NCBI GenBank assembly: GCA_963803435.1
Contig: CAWDML010000001.1
Location: forward strand, 2,144,001 to 2,208,000
DNA length: 64,000 nt
DNA from: an uncultured delta proteobacterium
GTDB taxonomy: Bacteria; Myxococcota; Kuafuiibacteriia; Kuafuiibacteriales; Kuafuiibacteriaceae
Direction: 5' to 3'
The position numbers and the translations under genes were made by a program. Each line of letters starts with the position of its first letter. Position 1 is the first letter of the stretch. Positions 1 through 9,366 of the stretch are shown here, one piece after another. Under the pieces are notes generated by a model. It was not told the origin of the DNA and did no database searches. It saw nothing but the letters and a program-made list of their open reading frames with translations.

Positions 1-346
1 CGGCCGCCTCGAGGAACGCCTCCGCCTTCTCGAATAGCTCCGCCGCCATGATGGGCTCACCGGCCTGGAGGCGCACGCGGGCCGAGTTGAGGTAGTGGCC
101 GGCCTTGAACCAGAGATGGGCCGCCCTCCGGAGGTCCCCGGCCTGCTCCGCGAGCGCCGCGGCCCGGCTGTAGTCGCGCGCATTCTCGCAGATGTTGATC
201 GCAGCCTCGATCTCGCCCCGCCCGACGAGGATCTCCGTCGCGTCGGCGAGCAGCTGGGATCCGCGCGACGCGTCGCCCCTCACGAATGCCCGTTCGGCCG
301 CCGTCACCAGCTCAGTGACGGCCGGATCGCCGTGAAAGAGGCTCAA
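1..346 (-). CDS. TPR/SNAP-like helical repeat protein, 5' part only (runs off the window start)
   Basis: Not in the ORF track. Manual minus-strand translation from TTG 346 gives MSLFHGDPAVTELVTAAERAF...DYSRAAALAEQAGDLRRAAHLWFKAGHYLNSARVRLQAGEPIMAAELFEKAEAFLEAA, with repeated 'AA.L.E.AG' units and GC-ending codons. Confidence 0.7.
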   Translation of the reverse strand, partial: MSLFHGDPAVTELVTAAERAFVRGDASRGSQLLADATEILVGRGEIEAAINICENARDYSRAAALAEQAGDLRRAAHLWFKAGHYLNSARVRLQAGEPIMAAELFEKAEAFLEAA

Positions 347-448
347 AGCTGCATCACCCTAGCGCACGCCGTGACGGCGTAAAACGCCCGTCCTCGTACA
401 ATGTGCGCCGATGGACCGGGCCGCCCTTCTCGGTTAGTAATCGGCCCA

Positions 449-1873
449 TTGTCCAGGCTCGAAACCATCCACCTGATGGGCATCTGCGGTACCGGTATGG
501 GAAGCTTCGCCGGCCTCCTCCAGAAGGCCGGTCATCGCGTCCGCGGCAGTGACGAGAATGTCTACCCGCCCATGTCGGACAGGTTGCGGAGCTGGGGCAT
601 CCCGATCCTCGAAGGCTACCGGCCCGAGAACCTCGACCCTGCGCCCGACCTCGTGATCATCGGCAACGTGATCAAGAAGACGAACCCCGAGGCGCAGGCG
701 GTCTTCGATCGGCGGCTCCCGTACACGTCCTTCCCGAAGGCGCTCGGCGACTTCTTCCTGGCGAAGAAGCACAGCATCGTCGCCAGCGGCACGCACGGCA
801 AGACCACCACGGCCAGTCTGATTGCATGGATCCTCACGAACGCCGGCCTCGATCCGGGGATGCTGATCGGCGGCGTGCCCGGAAACTTCGGCGAGGGCTT
901 CCGGCTCGGCGAGGGCGAGTACTTCGTGATCGAGGGCGACGAATACGACACGGCCTTCTTCGACAAGGTCCCCAAGTTCCTGCACTACCGTCCCACGACC
1001 GCGGTCATCACCTCGATCGAGTTCGATCACGCCGACATCTACGAGGACGTCGATGCCATCGAGCGCGAGTTCGAGAAGCTCGTCGAGCTGGTCCCCGGCA
1101 CCGGCAAGATCGTCGCCTGCGCCTCCTCACCCCGGGTGATGCGCGTGATCCACCACGCCAAGTGCGACGTCGAGACGTACACCGCCCGCGAGGGCACGCG
1201 CGCCACCTGGCACGCCCGCGATATCCAGATTGACGAGGCCCGCACCTCGTTCCTGGTGTATCGCGAGAACATCCGCCTGGGACGGTTCGAGCTCCCGCTG
1301 GCCGGCGTCCACAACGTGGAGAACGCGGTGGCCGCCATCGCCGTCACCTCGGGCGCGGACCTCTCCGTCGCCGACATCAAGGTCGCGCTCGCCGACTTCA
1401 AGGGTGTGGCGCGCCGCCAGACCGTACGCGCCGAGATCGATGGCATCCGGATCGTCGACGACTTCGCGCACCACCCCACCGCGGTCCACGAGACCGTCAC
1501 GGCGGTGCGGGCGCGCTACCAGAAGGGCCGGCTGTTCGCGATCTTCGAGCCGAGGACCGCCACCTCCTCGCGACGCTACTTCCAGGAGGAGTACGTCAAG
1601 GCCTTCGACGGCGCCGACGAGGTCCTGATTGCCGCAGTCGGACGCGCCGAGCTCGCGAGCGAGGAGAAGATGGACGTGGCGAAGCTGGTCGCCGAGATCG
1701 CCGCGCGGGGCGTGAAGGCCCGCCACCTCCCCAGCATCGACGAGATCGTGGCGACGCTGGCCCGCGAAGCCCAGCCGCAGGACACCTTGCTGTTCATGAG
1801 CAACGGCGCGTTCGGCGGCATCTACGAGAAGATCGAGGTTGCGCTTCGAGCGCGCCTGGGAAAGGACGCTTGA
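449..1873 (+). CDS. mpl: UDP-N-acetylmuramate:L-Ala-gamma-D-Glu-mDAP ligase (murein peptide ligase)
   Basis: IHLMGICGTGMG, GSDENVYPPMS, GTHGKTTT, EGDEYDTAFFDKVPKFLHY, DDFAHHPT and FEPRT motifs. TTG 449 is a more plausible start than 401. Confidence 0.92.
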   Translation: MSRLETIHLMGICGTGMGSFAGLLQKAGHRVRGSDENVYPPMSDRLRSWGIPILEGYRPENLDPAPDLVIIGNVIKKTNPEAQAVFDRRLPYTSFPKALGDFFLAKKHSIVASGTHGKTTTASLIAWILTNAGLDPGMLIGGVPGNFGEGFRLGEGEYFVIEGDEYDTAFFDKVPKFLHYRPTTAVITSIEFDHADIYEDVDAIEREFEKLVELVPGTGKIVACASSPRVMRVIHHAKCDVETYTAREGTRATWHARDIQIDEARTSFLVYRENIRLGRFELPLAGVHNVENAVAAIAVTSGADLSVADIKVALADFKGVARRQTVRAEIDGIRIVDDFAHHPTAVHETVTAVRARYQKGRLFAIFEPRTATSSRRYFQEEYVKAFDGADEVLIAAVGRAELASEEKMDVAKLVAEIAARGVKARHLPSIDEIVATLAREAQPQDTLLFMSNGAFGGIYEKIEVALRARLGKDA

Positions 1874-1874
1874 G

Positions 1875-2819
1875 ATGACCCATTATCTGGTCACCGGCGG
1901 CGCCGGATTCATCGGCTCGAACCTGGTCGAGGCCCTGGTGGGCCGGGGGGAGCGCGTGCGCGTGCTCGACGACTTCTCCACCGGCAAGCGCGAGAACATC
2001 GCGCCGTGGGCCGATCGCATCGAGGTGATCACGGGCTCGATCGCCGACTTCGCCACCTGCCAGCGCGCCATGGCGGGCGTCGACTACGTGCTCCACCAGG
2101 GCGCGCTCCCATCGGTGCCGAAGTCCGTCGAGCTGCCGCGCGAGTCGAACGAGGCCAACGTCTCCGGCACGGTCAACGTGCTGGTCGCCGCGCGCGACGC
2201 GAAGGTGAAGCGCGTGGTCTACGCCGCCTCGTCCTCCGCCTACGGCAACACCGAGGTGCTGCCGAAGGTGGAGTCGATGACGCCCTGCCCGCTGTCTCCG
2301 TACGCGGTGCAGAAGTTCACCGGCGAGCTCTACCTCAAGGTCTTCTACGAGACCTACGGGCTCGAGACCGTGTCGCTCCGCTACTTCAACATCTTCGGTC
2401 CGCGCCAGGATCCGAAGAGCTTCTACGCCGCCGTGATCCCGAAGTTCATCGCCGCCTCGATCAAGGACGAGTCGCCCACGATCTTCGGCGACGGGCGCCA
2501 GTCGCGCGACTTCACGTACATCGACAACGTCGTGCAGGCGAACCTGTCCGCGTGCACCGCCGACAAGAAGTGCGCGGGCCAGGTCATGAACATCGCCTGC
2601 GGCGAGCGGATCGACCTCCTCGAGCTGGCCCGCGTCATCCGGGAGATCGTCGGGACGGGCAAGCCGCCCGTCCACGAGCCGGACCGCGCCGGCGACGTGA
2701 AGCACTCGCTCGCCGACATCTCCCTGGCGAAGGCGTTGATCGGATACGAGCCCCGGGTGAAGTTTGCGGAGGGCATCCGGAAAACGGTCGAGTTCTATCG
2801 ATCGAAACCAACGCCCTAG
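1875..2819 (+). CDS. NAD-dependent nucleotide-sugar epimerase/dehydratase (UDP-GlcNAc 4-epimerase-like SDR)
   Basis: TGGAGFIGS, YxxxK (PYAVQK), LRYFNIFGPRQDP, GDGRQSRDFTYIDNVV. Confidence 0.9.
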   Translation: MTHYLVTGGAGFIGSNLVEALVGRGERVRVLDDFSTGKRENIAPWADRIEVITGSIADFATCQRAMAGVDYVLHQGALPSVPKSVELPRESNEANVSGTVNVLVAARDAKVKRVVYAASSSAYGNTEVLPKVESMTPCPLSPYAVQKFTGELYLKVFYETYGLETVSLRYFNIFGPRQDPKSFYAAVIPKFIAASIKDESPTIFGDGRQSRDFTYIDNVVQANLSACTADKKCAGQVMNIACGERIDLLELARVIREIVGTGKPPVHEPDRAGDVKHSLADISLAKALIGYEPRVKFAEGIRKTVEFYRSKPTP

Positions 2820-2850
2820 GAGCGTGTAGCGCGTAAGCGCTCACGCGACC

Positions 2851-2886
2851 CCGGTCCGGGTCCCGGTCCCGGTCCGGGTCCGGGTC
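2851..2886 (+). repeat. Hexamer tandem array (CSGGTC)x6, inner part of the left inverted repeat
   Basis: ccggtc cgggtc ccggtc ccggtc cgggtc cgggtc read directly. Confidence 0.9.
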
Positions 2887-3266
2887 TCGTACCTTGAAGA
2901 AGGAGCGTAGCGAGAACCGGCGGAATCCTCGTGCCCCTTTGATCTGTCCGAGCGCCGGTTCGACGATACTCTTCCTGCGGGCGTAGACCGCCTTGCGGTC
3001 GCGCGTTTGCAACTTGTCTCGCATTCGCTTGCGAGCGAGCGAGGCAGGTGTGGGCTCCGAAGCTGATGAGGACGGAGTCGACGCGTCTTGGTTCTGTTCG
3101 CGTCCAACAGCGATGTGGGCATCGATCTGATTGTTGTCGCAGAATTCGATGTTGGTCGCGCTCAGATAGCGTTGATCGTCGTGAAGTGGGGATGACTTTC
3201 TCCAGCCAGCACCCGGAATGGAATGTCTTGGTAGGTCGCCCGCGCGATCCTCCGCGACGACGAAAC
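2887..3266 (-). pseudogene. IS1182-family transposase remnant, internally deleted
   Basis: Fragment VSSSRRIARATYQDIPFRVLAGESHPHFTTIN (N-terminal DUF772-type motif) is joined out of frame near 3170 to YLSATNIEFCDNNQIDAHIAVGR...MRDKLQTRDRKAVYARRKSIVEPALGQIKGARGFRRFSLR (C-terminal DDE segment). It ends at the hexamer array. Confidence 0.8.
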
Positions 3267-3376
3267 CATGGGATCAAGTCCAGGCGTCGAAGTCGATCCG
3301 CCCAACGATCGATTCCAGACGAAGCGACCTCCAAGAACTTCTGCTGGTCAAAGTGGACGAGCTACCGCAAGCTAAC

Positions 3377-3747
3377 TTGCATGGTCACTTCGATCACGAG
3401 AAGCTCGAGGTCTACAGCTCGCCGTCGAGTATGCCGACATCGCTGAAGAGATCGCACAAGAACTGCAACCCGGTCACGCTCACGTCCGCGATCAGCTTCG
3501 GCGGGCATCCGATTCCATCGTGAACAACACCGCCGAGGGCGCCGGAGAGTTCAATCCACCTGAGAAGGCTCGCTTCTACCGGATGGCACTTCGCTCTGGC
3601 ACCGAAAGCGCCGCCTCACTCCACACCTGCTTGAGGCGCCGACTCACCAACGAGCAGAAGGTCCAAGCCGCCAGAGCCAAGCTCAAGCGCGTTGTCGAGA
3701 TGCTCACGCGCCTCATCAAGTCGATGAACGCACGCCGGGCTGCATGA
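3377..3747 (+). pseudogene. Four-helix-bundle protein (23S rRNA intervening-sequence protein family), 1-nt frameshift near 3415 (real or sequencing error)
   Basis: HFDHEKLEVY, then after adding one base (Q)LAVEYADIAEEIAQELQPGHAHVRDQLRRASDSIVNNTAEGAGEFNPPEKARFYRMALRSGTESAA...VVEMLTRLI. This matches the family pattern FDHEKLxVY / DQLRRAxxSIxxNxAEG / KxRFYxxAxxSxxE. Confidence 0.82.
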
Positions 3748-3754
3748 TCGCCAT

Positions 3755-3790
3755 CGGGACCGGGACCGGGACCGGGACCCGGACCGGGCT
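3755..3790 (+). repeat. Hexamer tandem array (CSGGAC)x5-6, inner part of the right inverted repeat
   Basis: cgggac x4, ccggac, cgggct; complementary to the 2851-2886 array. Confidence 0.9.
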
Positions 3791-3837
3791 CGCGGTAGCG
3801 CTACGCGCTACACGCTGCTAGTGCTACACTCGTCGGG

Positions 3838-4800
3838 TTGGTCGACTATCCGAAACATCGCGCACCCTGGTGGACCCAATCGGGCACGACGCTGTCCGCC
3901 GACGGCGCCCCGCTGGCGTTCGCCTCGGGTGGGCCGGCGGGCGCCCGCGCGCTCGTGTGCTGCAACGGCCTCGGCGTCTCCACGTTCTTCTGGGACTACC
4001 TGGCCAGCCACTTCGTGAAGGACCACCGCGTCGTGGTCTGGGATTATCGGGGACACGGCGCCTCCGGCTACCCCGCAGACCCGGCGTCGCTGACGATGCC
4101 CGCCCTCGCCGACGATCTCGCCCGCGTCCTCGACGCCAACGACATCGAGCGGGCGGTCCTGCTCGGCCACTCTCTCGGCTGCCAGGTCATCCTGGAGTTC
4201 GCGCACCAGTTTCAAGCCCGCGTCCTGGGTCTGGTCCCCATCCTGGGCGGCTTCGGGCACATCGCGGACACCTTCATCGATCCGCGCGTGGGTCGGGCGA
4301 TGTACGGCGCCGCATACAAGGTCGGGACCGCCATCCCCGAGCTGCTCAGCGTCGGCCTTCGTCTGACCTTGCGGCGCCCGATCGCCTGGCACTTCGCGCG
4401 CCTGACCGGCCTGGTGCACCCGGACCTCTGCAAGAAGGAGGACATGGAGCCGTACATGGAGCACCTGGCCCGGCTCGATCCGCGGATCTTCTTCGAGATG
4501 GCGCGGGCGGCACAGGAGCACGACGCGGGCCCCTACCTCGACGGCCTCCGGGTCCCGACCCTGGTGGTGGCGGGGGAACGAGACCTGTTCACCCCCCGCC
4601 ACCTCTCGGTCGAGCTGGCGCAAAGGCTGGCCCAAGCGGAGATCCTGGAGATTCCCAGGGGCTCCCACGCGGCCCTGATCGAGCAACCCGAGCTGATCAA
4701 CCTCCGTCTGGAGAAGTTCTTGCGCGAGCGCGTCGCCCCCTACGAGGCGGACCTGCCGAACGTCACAGACCTCGCTGCACGGGCACGATCCGCGTCCTAG
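3838..4800 (+). CDS. Alpha/beta fold hydrolase
   Basis: WDYRGHGAS, GHSLG nucleophile elbow, GERD acid, GSHA histidine. Confidence 0.88.
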   Translation: MVDYPKHRAPWWTQSGTTLSADGAPLAFASGGPAGARALVCCNGLGVSTFFWDYLASHFVKDHRVVVWDYRGHGASGYPADPASLTMPALADDLARVLDANDIERAVLLGHSLGCQVILEFAHQFQARVLGLVPILGGFGHIADTFIDPRVGRAMYGAAYKVGTAIPELLSVGLRLTLRRPIAWHFARLTGLVHPDLCKKEDMEPYMEHLARLDPRIFFEMARAAQEHDAGPYLDGLRVPTLVVAGERDLFTPRHLSVELAQRLAQAEILEIPRGSHAALIEQPELINLRLEKFLRERVAPYEADLPNVTDLAARARSAS

Positions 4801-4835
4801 TCTCTTGCGAGAAACCGTGCGGCTGACTATCACAA

Positions 4836-6791
4836 GTGGTTGAAATCGTGCCGCGCTACGGTCCCAACCCCGCGGCCGCGGGGATCGATACCTCGATCCC
4901 TCCCGAGGAGCGCTACGACATCCTGGGCCGGATCGCCGCCGGCGGCATGGCGGAGATCTATCTGGCCCGCATGTCGATGGGCGGCAACGAGCGCGAGGTG
5001 GTCCTCAAGCGCCTGATGCCCGAGCTCCAGAACGATCACGAGTTCGTCCAGATGTTCTACGACGAGGCCAACATCGCCTCGCAGCTCGTCCACCCGAACA
5101 TCGTCACGATCTTCGAGCTGGGCGAGCTGGACGGCTCCCTCTTCATCGCGATGGAGCTCCTCCGGGGCGTGAACCTGCGCGACCTCCTGGCGCGGATTCA
5201 CGCGCGGGGCGACATCCTCCCCATCCCGCTGGCCGTTCGCATCTGCTCCCACGCGCTGGCGGCGCTCGAGTACGCCCACAACTTCAGCGACCAGCAGGGC
5301 CGGCGGCTCAACGTCGTCCATCGCGACGTGTCCCCGCAGAACCTGATCATCACGTACGACGGCGTCGCCAAGCTGGTGGACTTCGGGGTCGCCAAGGCGG
5401 AGGGGCGCCTTCACCAGACCCGCGCCGGGCTCATCAAGGGCAAGTTCGCCTACATGTCGCCGGAGCAGGTCAGCGGCGGCCAGGTGGACGGGCGCTCGGA
5501 TCTGTTCGCGCTGGCGGAGATCTTCTACGAGCTGCTCCTCCAGCGGCACCCGTTCTACGCCCCGTCCGACATGGAGGTGCTCCGGGCGATCCTCGATCGC
5601 GATCCGCCCCACCCCTCGGCGATCGACGGCGCCTTCCCCCCGGCGCTGGGCGAGATCCTGTTGAAGGCGATGAAGAAGGCGCCGGGCGATCGCTATCAGA
5701 GCGCCGCGCTGATGCAGGACGCGCTCGAGGGCTTCCTGCAGGAGTCGCGCACGCCCGCCAGCACGTCGATGCTGTCCCGCTACGTCAAGGAGCTGTTCGC
5801 AGATCGGATCGACGCCGAGCGAAGGGCCCGCGAGGCGGGGGACGACGACGCGCTGATCGACGCGCTCTCGGTCGGTCATGCGGACCTGGCGCCCCAGAAC
5901 GAGCCGAAGCCCCGGCGCAACAGCTCGGCGGTCCACGTGGTCGATCGGGACTTCGTCCCCAACCAGGACAGCGGCTACCGCGAGCGCGTGGTCGAGATCA
6001 GCCGCGCGCCCTCACCCTCCTCCGATCCGGCCGAGCGTGGCGCGCCCGCCTTCCTCGCCCACAGCGGCGTCCACCACACGGCCGACAGCACGCGCAGGCG
6101 GTTCCAGTCGCAGGTCCGCGGTCTGTTCGAGGTGGCCGACGAGGAGCTGTACGACGATCCGGGGGATCAACCGACGCGGCTCCCCGACGGCGGCCGCATC
6201 CCCACCGAGGACAGCGCGGAGCTGCCAACGATGCTCGGCGCCCTCTCCCGCGAGCAGCTCGAGGACCTGAGGGCCTCCGCCGCCCGGGCCGCCGCGCGGA
6301 AGCAACGCCCCGGCCAGAACGTGACGGTGGGGCCGGCCAGCGAGTCCAAGATCATGGCGGGCCCGTCGGTCCGTCGCGCCCAGGAGCGCGCGCGCCAAAA
6401 GCCCCAACCGCCCAAGCAGAGCGTCACGCACCGCTCGCAGACGGTGCTCGCGAGCGAGGAGCCGGTCAGAAGCCGCGGCGACAAGGTCGGGCTGGTCTTC
6501 TTCGTGGCCGGGCTGGTCGCGCTGATCGTCGCGGTGGCCTACGCCGGGTGGCTGTACACCTCCTCGAGATCGCCCGTGCTCAGCCTCATCGTCCGCTCGT
6601 CTCCGAGCGGGGCCCAGATCAGCCTCGACGGCGTCATCATGGGCAACGCGCCGCAGATGTTCGAGGGCGTCCCAGCGGATCAGGAGCACGTGGTGGTGAT
6701 GGAGCTTCCGAACTACAAGACGTGCACGCGCCGCATCGCGCCCACGGACGTGGGCCAGCTCGCGATCGACTGCGATCTGGAAAAGCGATGA
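4836..6791 (+). CDS. Membrane Ser/Thr protein kinase with C-terminal PEGA domain
   Basis: IAAGGMAEIY, VVLKR, HRDVSPQN, DFGVAK, GKFAYMSPEQ; TM helix; SSPSGAQISLDG PEGA motif. Confidence 0.92.
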   Translation: MVEIVPRYGPNPAAAGIDTSIPPEERYDILGRIAAGGMAEIYLARMSMGGNEREVVLKRLMPELQNDHEFVQMFYDEANIASQLVHPNIVTIFELGELDGSLFIAMELLRGVNLRDLLARIHARGDILPIPLAVRICSHALAALEYAHNFSDQQGRRLNVVHRDVSPQNLIITYDGVAKLVDFGVAKAEGRLHQTRAGLIKGKFAYMSPEQVSGGQVDGRSDLFALAEIFYELLLQRHPFYAPSDMEVLRAILDRDPPHPSAIDGAFPPALGEILLKAMKKAPGDRYQSAALMQDALEGFLQESRTPASTSMLSRYVKELFADRIDAERRAREAGDDDALIDALSVGHADLAPQNEPKPRRNSSAVHVVDRDFVPNQDSGYRERVVEISRAPSPSSDPAERGAPAFLAHSGVHHTADSTRRRFQSQVRGLFEVADEELYDDPGDQPTRLPDGGRIPTEDSAELPTMLGALSREQLEDLRASAARAAARKQRPGQNVTVGPASESKIMAGPSVRRAQERARQKPQPPKQSVTHRSQTVLASEEPVRSRGDKVGLVFFVAGLVALIVAVAYAGWLYTSSRSPVLSLIVRSSPSGAQISLDGVIMGNAPQMFEGVPADQEHVVVMELPNYKTCTRRIAPTDVGQLAIDCDLEKR

Positions 6792-7525
6792 TCGTGATCC
6801 CCGCGATCGACCTCAAGGGAGGCCGATGCGTTCGCATGGTCGAGGGCCGCCTCGGGACCGAGCGCGTCGTCAGCCCTGACGCCGTCCTTCAGGCGCAGGC
6901 GTTCGAGCGCGCCGGCGCCGAGCGGATCCACGTGGTGGATCTGGACGGCGCGTTCGAGGGCCGTCCCAGGAACTCCGAGCTGATCGCGCGCATCGTCAGC
7001 GCGGTGTCCGTGCCCGTGGAGGTCGGCGGCGGCCTGCGCGACGAGGCCTCGATCGAGGAGGTCCTCGACGTGGGCGCGGCATTCGCGATCGTCGGCACCA
7101 TGGCGGTGACCGATCCGGAGCGGCTCGCGCGCATCTGCCTCGCCTACCCCGGCCGGATCATCGCGGGCGTCGACGCGCGCGAGGGCAAGGTGGCGACCGA
7201 CGGCTGGGTGGCCGAGTCGAGTCTGACCGCCCTCGAGGTGGCCCGCCGCGCCGCGGACCTCGGCGTGGCCGCCGTGATCACGACCGACATCGCCCGCGAC
7301 GGCACGGGGCGCGGCGTGAACCTCACCGACACGGGCGCGCTGGCCGAGGCGCTCGAGATTCCCGTGATCGCGTCGGGTGGTGTCTCCGGCGTCGACGACC
7401 TCCGCGCGCTGATAGACACCGCGATCTTCGGTGTGGTGGTCGGACGCGCGATCTACGACGGAAGGCTGGATCTGGCGGCGGCGCTCGCCGAGCTCTCGCT
7501 GGATCATTCCGGGCGACCCTCGTAG
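6788..7525 (+). CDS. hisA: ProFAR isomerase
   Basis: MIVIPAIDLKGGRCVR, HVVDLDGA, EVGGGLR, TDIARDG, IASGGV. ATGA overlap with the kinase stop. Confidence 0.93.
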   Translation: MIVIPAIDLKGGRCVRMVEGRLGTERVVSPDAVLQAQAFERAGAERIHVVDLDGAFEGRPRNSELIARIVSAVSVPVEVGGGLRDEASIEEVLDVGAAFAIVGTMAVTDPERLARICLAYPGRIIAGVDAREGKVATDGWVAESSLTALEVARRAADLGVAAVITTDIARDGTGRGVNLTDTGALAEALEIPVIASGGVSGVDDLRALIDTAIFGVVVGRAIYDGRLDLAAALAELSLDHSGRPS

Positions 7526-7534
7526 GCTCCCCCC

Positions 7535-8274
<740 letters not shown>

Positions 8275-8278
<4 letters not shown>

Positions 8279-8997
8279 GCGCCACCCGGATCGACATCGA
8301 CGCGCTCTGGAACGCGGTGACGCCCGACGCCGACGGCCTGGTCCCGTGCGTGGTGCAGGACCTCCGGACGCGCGCCGTGCTGATGGTGGCCTGGGTCTCG
8401 AAGGCCGCGCTCGAGCGATCGATCACCGAGGGCTGGGCCACCTACTACAGCCGCTCACGCCGAAAGCTGTGGACCAAGGGCGAGGTCTCCGGGAACCGGC
8501 AGCGCCTGCTCCACGCACGGCTCGACTGCGACGGTGACACGCTGCTCTATCTGGTCGAGGCCCGCCTGCCCGCCTGTCATGAGGGCTCCGACACCTGCTT
8601 CTCTCGGCGCCAGGTGCGCGGGCGCTGGCGTCGGGAGCCGGTCGAGCTCGGCCAGTCGCCCAGCGAGAAGGCCGCCGTGATCGAAAACCTCGAGACGATC
8701 ATCGACGCGCGGAGGAACGCCGACGTCGAGGCGAAGCCGAGCTACACCCGGCGCCTCCTGGACGGCGGCGTCGAGCAGCAGATCGCGAAGATCGAGGAGG
8801 AGTCCAAGGAGCTCGCCGTGGCGCTGCGCAGCGAGACGGATGAGCGGGTCGTATCGGAGTCGGCCGACGTCCTGTACCACCTGGCCGTGGCCCTCAAGGC
8901 CCGGGACCTGTCCTTCCTCCACGTCTTTCAGGAGCTGGAGCGCCGGCTCGGGATCTCCGGGATCGAGGAGAAGGAAAGCCGGGATAACCCGGAGTAG
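8275..8997 (+). CDS. hisIE: Bifunctional phosphoribosyl-AMP cyclohydrolase/phosphoribosyl-ATP diphosphatase
   Basis: [49 protein letters not shown]. Confidence 0.92.
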
Positions 8998-9023
8998 ACC
9001 CAAAAAATTCGATCCGTAGTCTG

Positions 9024-9054
9024 GTTGACATCCGTAAAATGTCAACGCTATGCG
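9024..9054 (+). promoter_or_regulatory. Sigma70-type promoter of rpsU-dnaG-rpoD overlapped by an inverted repeat
   Basis: Perfect TTGACA at 9025-9030 and weak -10 (TATGCG, 9049-9054). GTTGACAT-N7-ATGTCAAC spans 9024-9046. Confidence 0.6.
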
Positions 9055-9099
9055 GGCCAGTCCCCCGGGGACCCGGGAGGAGGTGAAATTGTGGAAACG

Positions 9100-9300
9100 A
9101 TGCCAGGAGTTCGAGTCAAAGAAGGTGAGTCCTTCGAGCGCGCCCTGCGCCGATTCAAGAAGCAGTGCGAGCGCGCCGGCATCCTCGGTGAGATCCGCAA
9201 GAGGGAGTATTACGAAAAGCCCTCCGTTCGCCGCAAGAAGAAGGCAGCCGCCGCCCGGAAGCGTCTTCTCAAGAAGATGAAGAAGGAAGGCAACATGTAG
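9100..9300 (+). CDS. rpsU: 30S ribosomal protein S21
   Basis: [41 protein letters not shown]. Confidence 0.96.
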   Translation: MPGVRVKEGESFERALRRFKKQCERAGILGEIRKREYYEKPSVRRKKKAAAARKRLLKKMKKEGNM

Positions 9301-9314
9301 ACGAATTTCGATCC

Positions 9315-9354
9315 GCTCCCGGGGGTTCTTTCGGTTCGGTCCGGCCCCCGGGGC
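9315..9354 (+). terminator. GC-rich hairpin between rpsU and dnaG (attenuator/processing-like, no U-tract)
   Basis: GCTCCCGGGGGT...GCCCCCGGGGC stem, at the position where E. coli has the rpsU-dnaG terminator. Confidence 0.4.
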
Positions 9355-9366
9355 AAGCAGGCGTCC

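Larger units (their letters stand above)
2816..3821. mobile_element. Inverted-repeat-bounded element (MITE/REPIN/IVS-like) with CTAG at both ends
   Basis: Left arm from 2816: CTAGGAGCGTGTAGCGCGTAAGCGCTCACGCGACCCCGGTCCGGGTCCCGGTCCCGGTCC. Reverse complement of the right arm from 3821: CTAGCAGCGTGTAGCGCGTAGCGCTACCGCGAGCCCGGTCCGGGTCCCGGTCCCGGTCC. The interior is visibly more AT-rich than the flanks. Confidence 0.7.

Noticed and set aside
3377-3747. Diversity-generating retroelement (Avd-like gene) or true 23S rRNA IVS
   Set aside because: No reverse transcriptase, TR/VR pair or rRNA sequence in the window.
2851-3790. Hexamer arrays as a CRISPR array
   Set aside because: Units are 6 bp with no spacers, and there are no cas genes.
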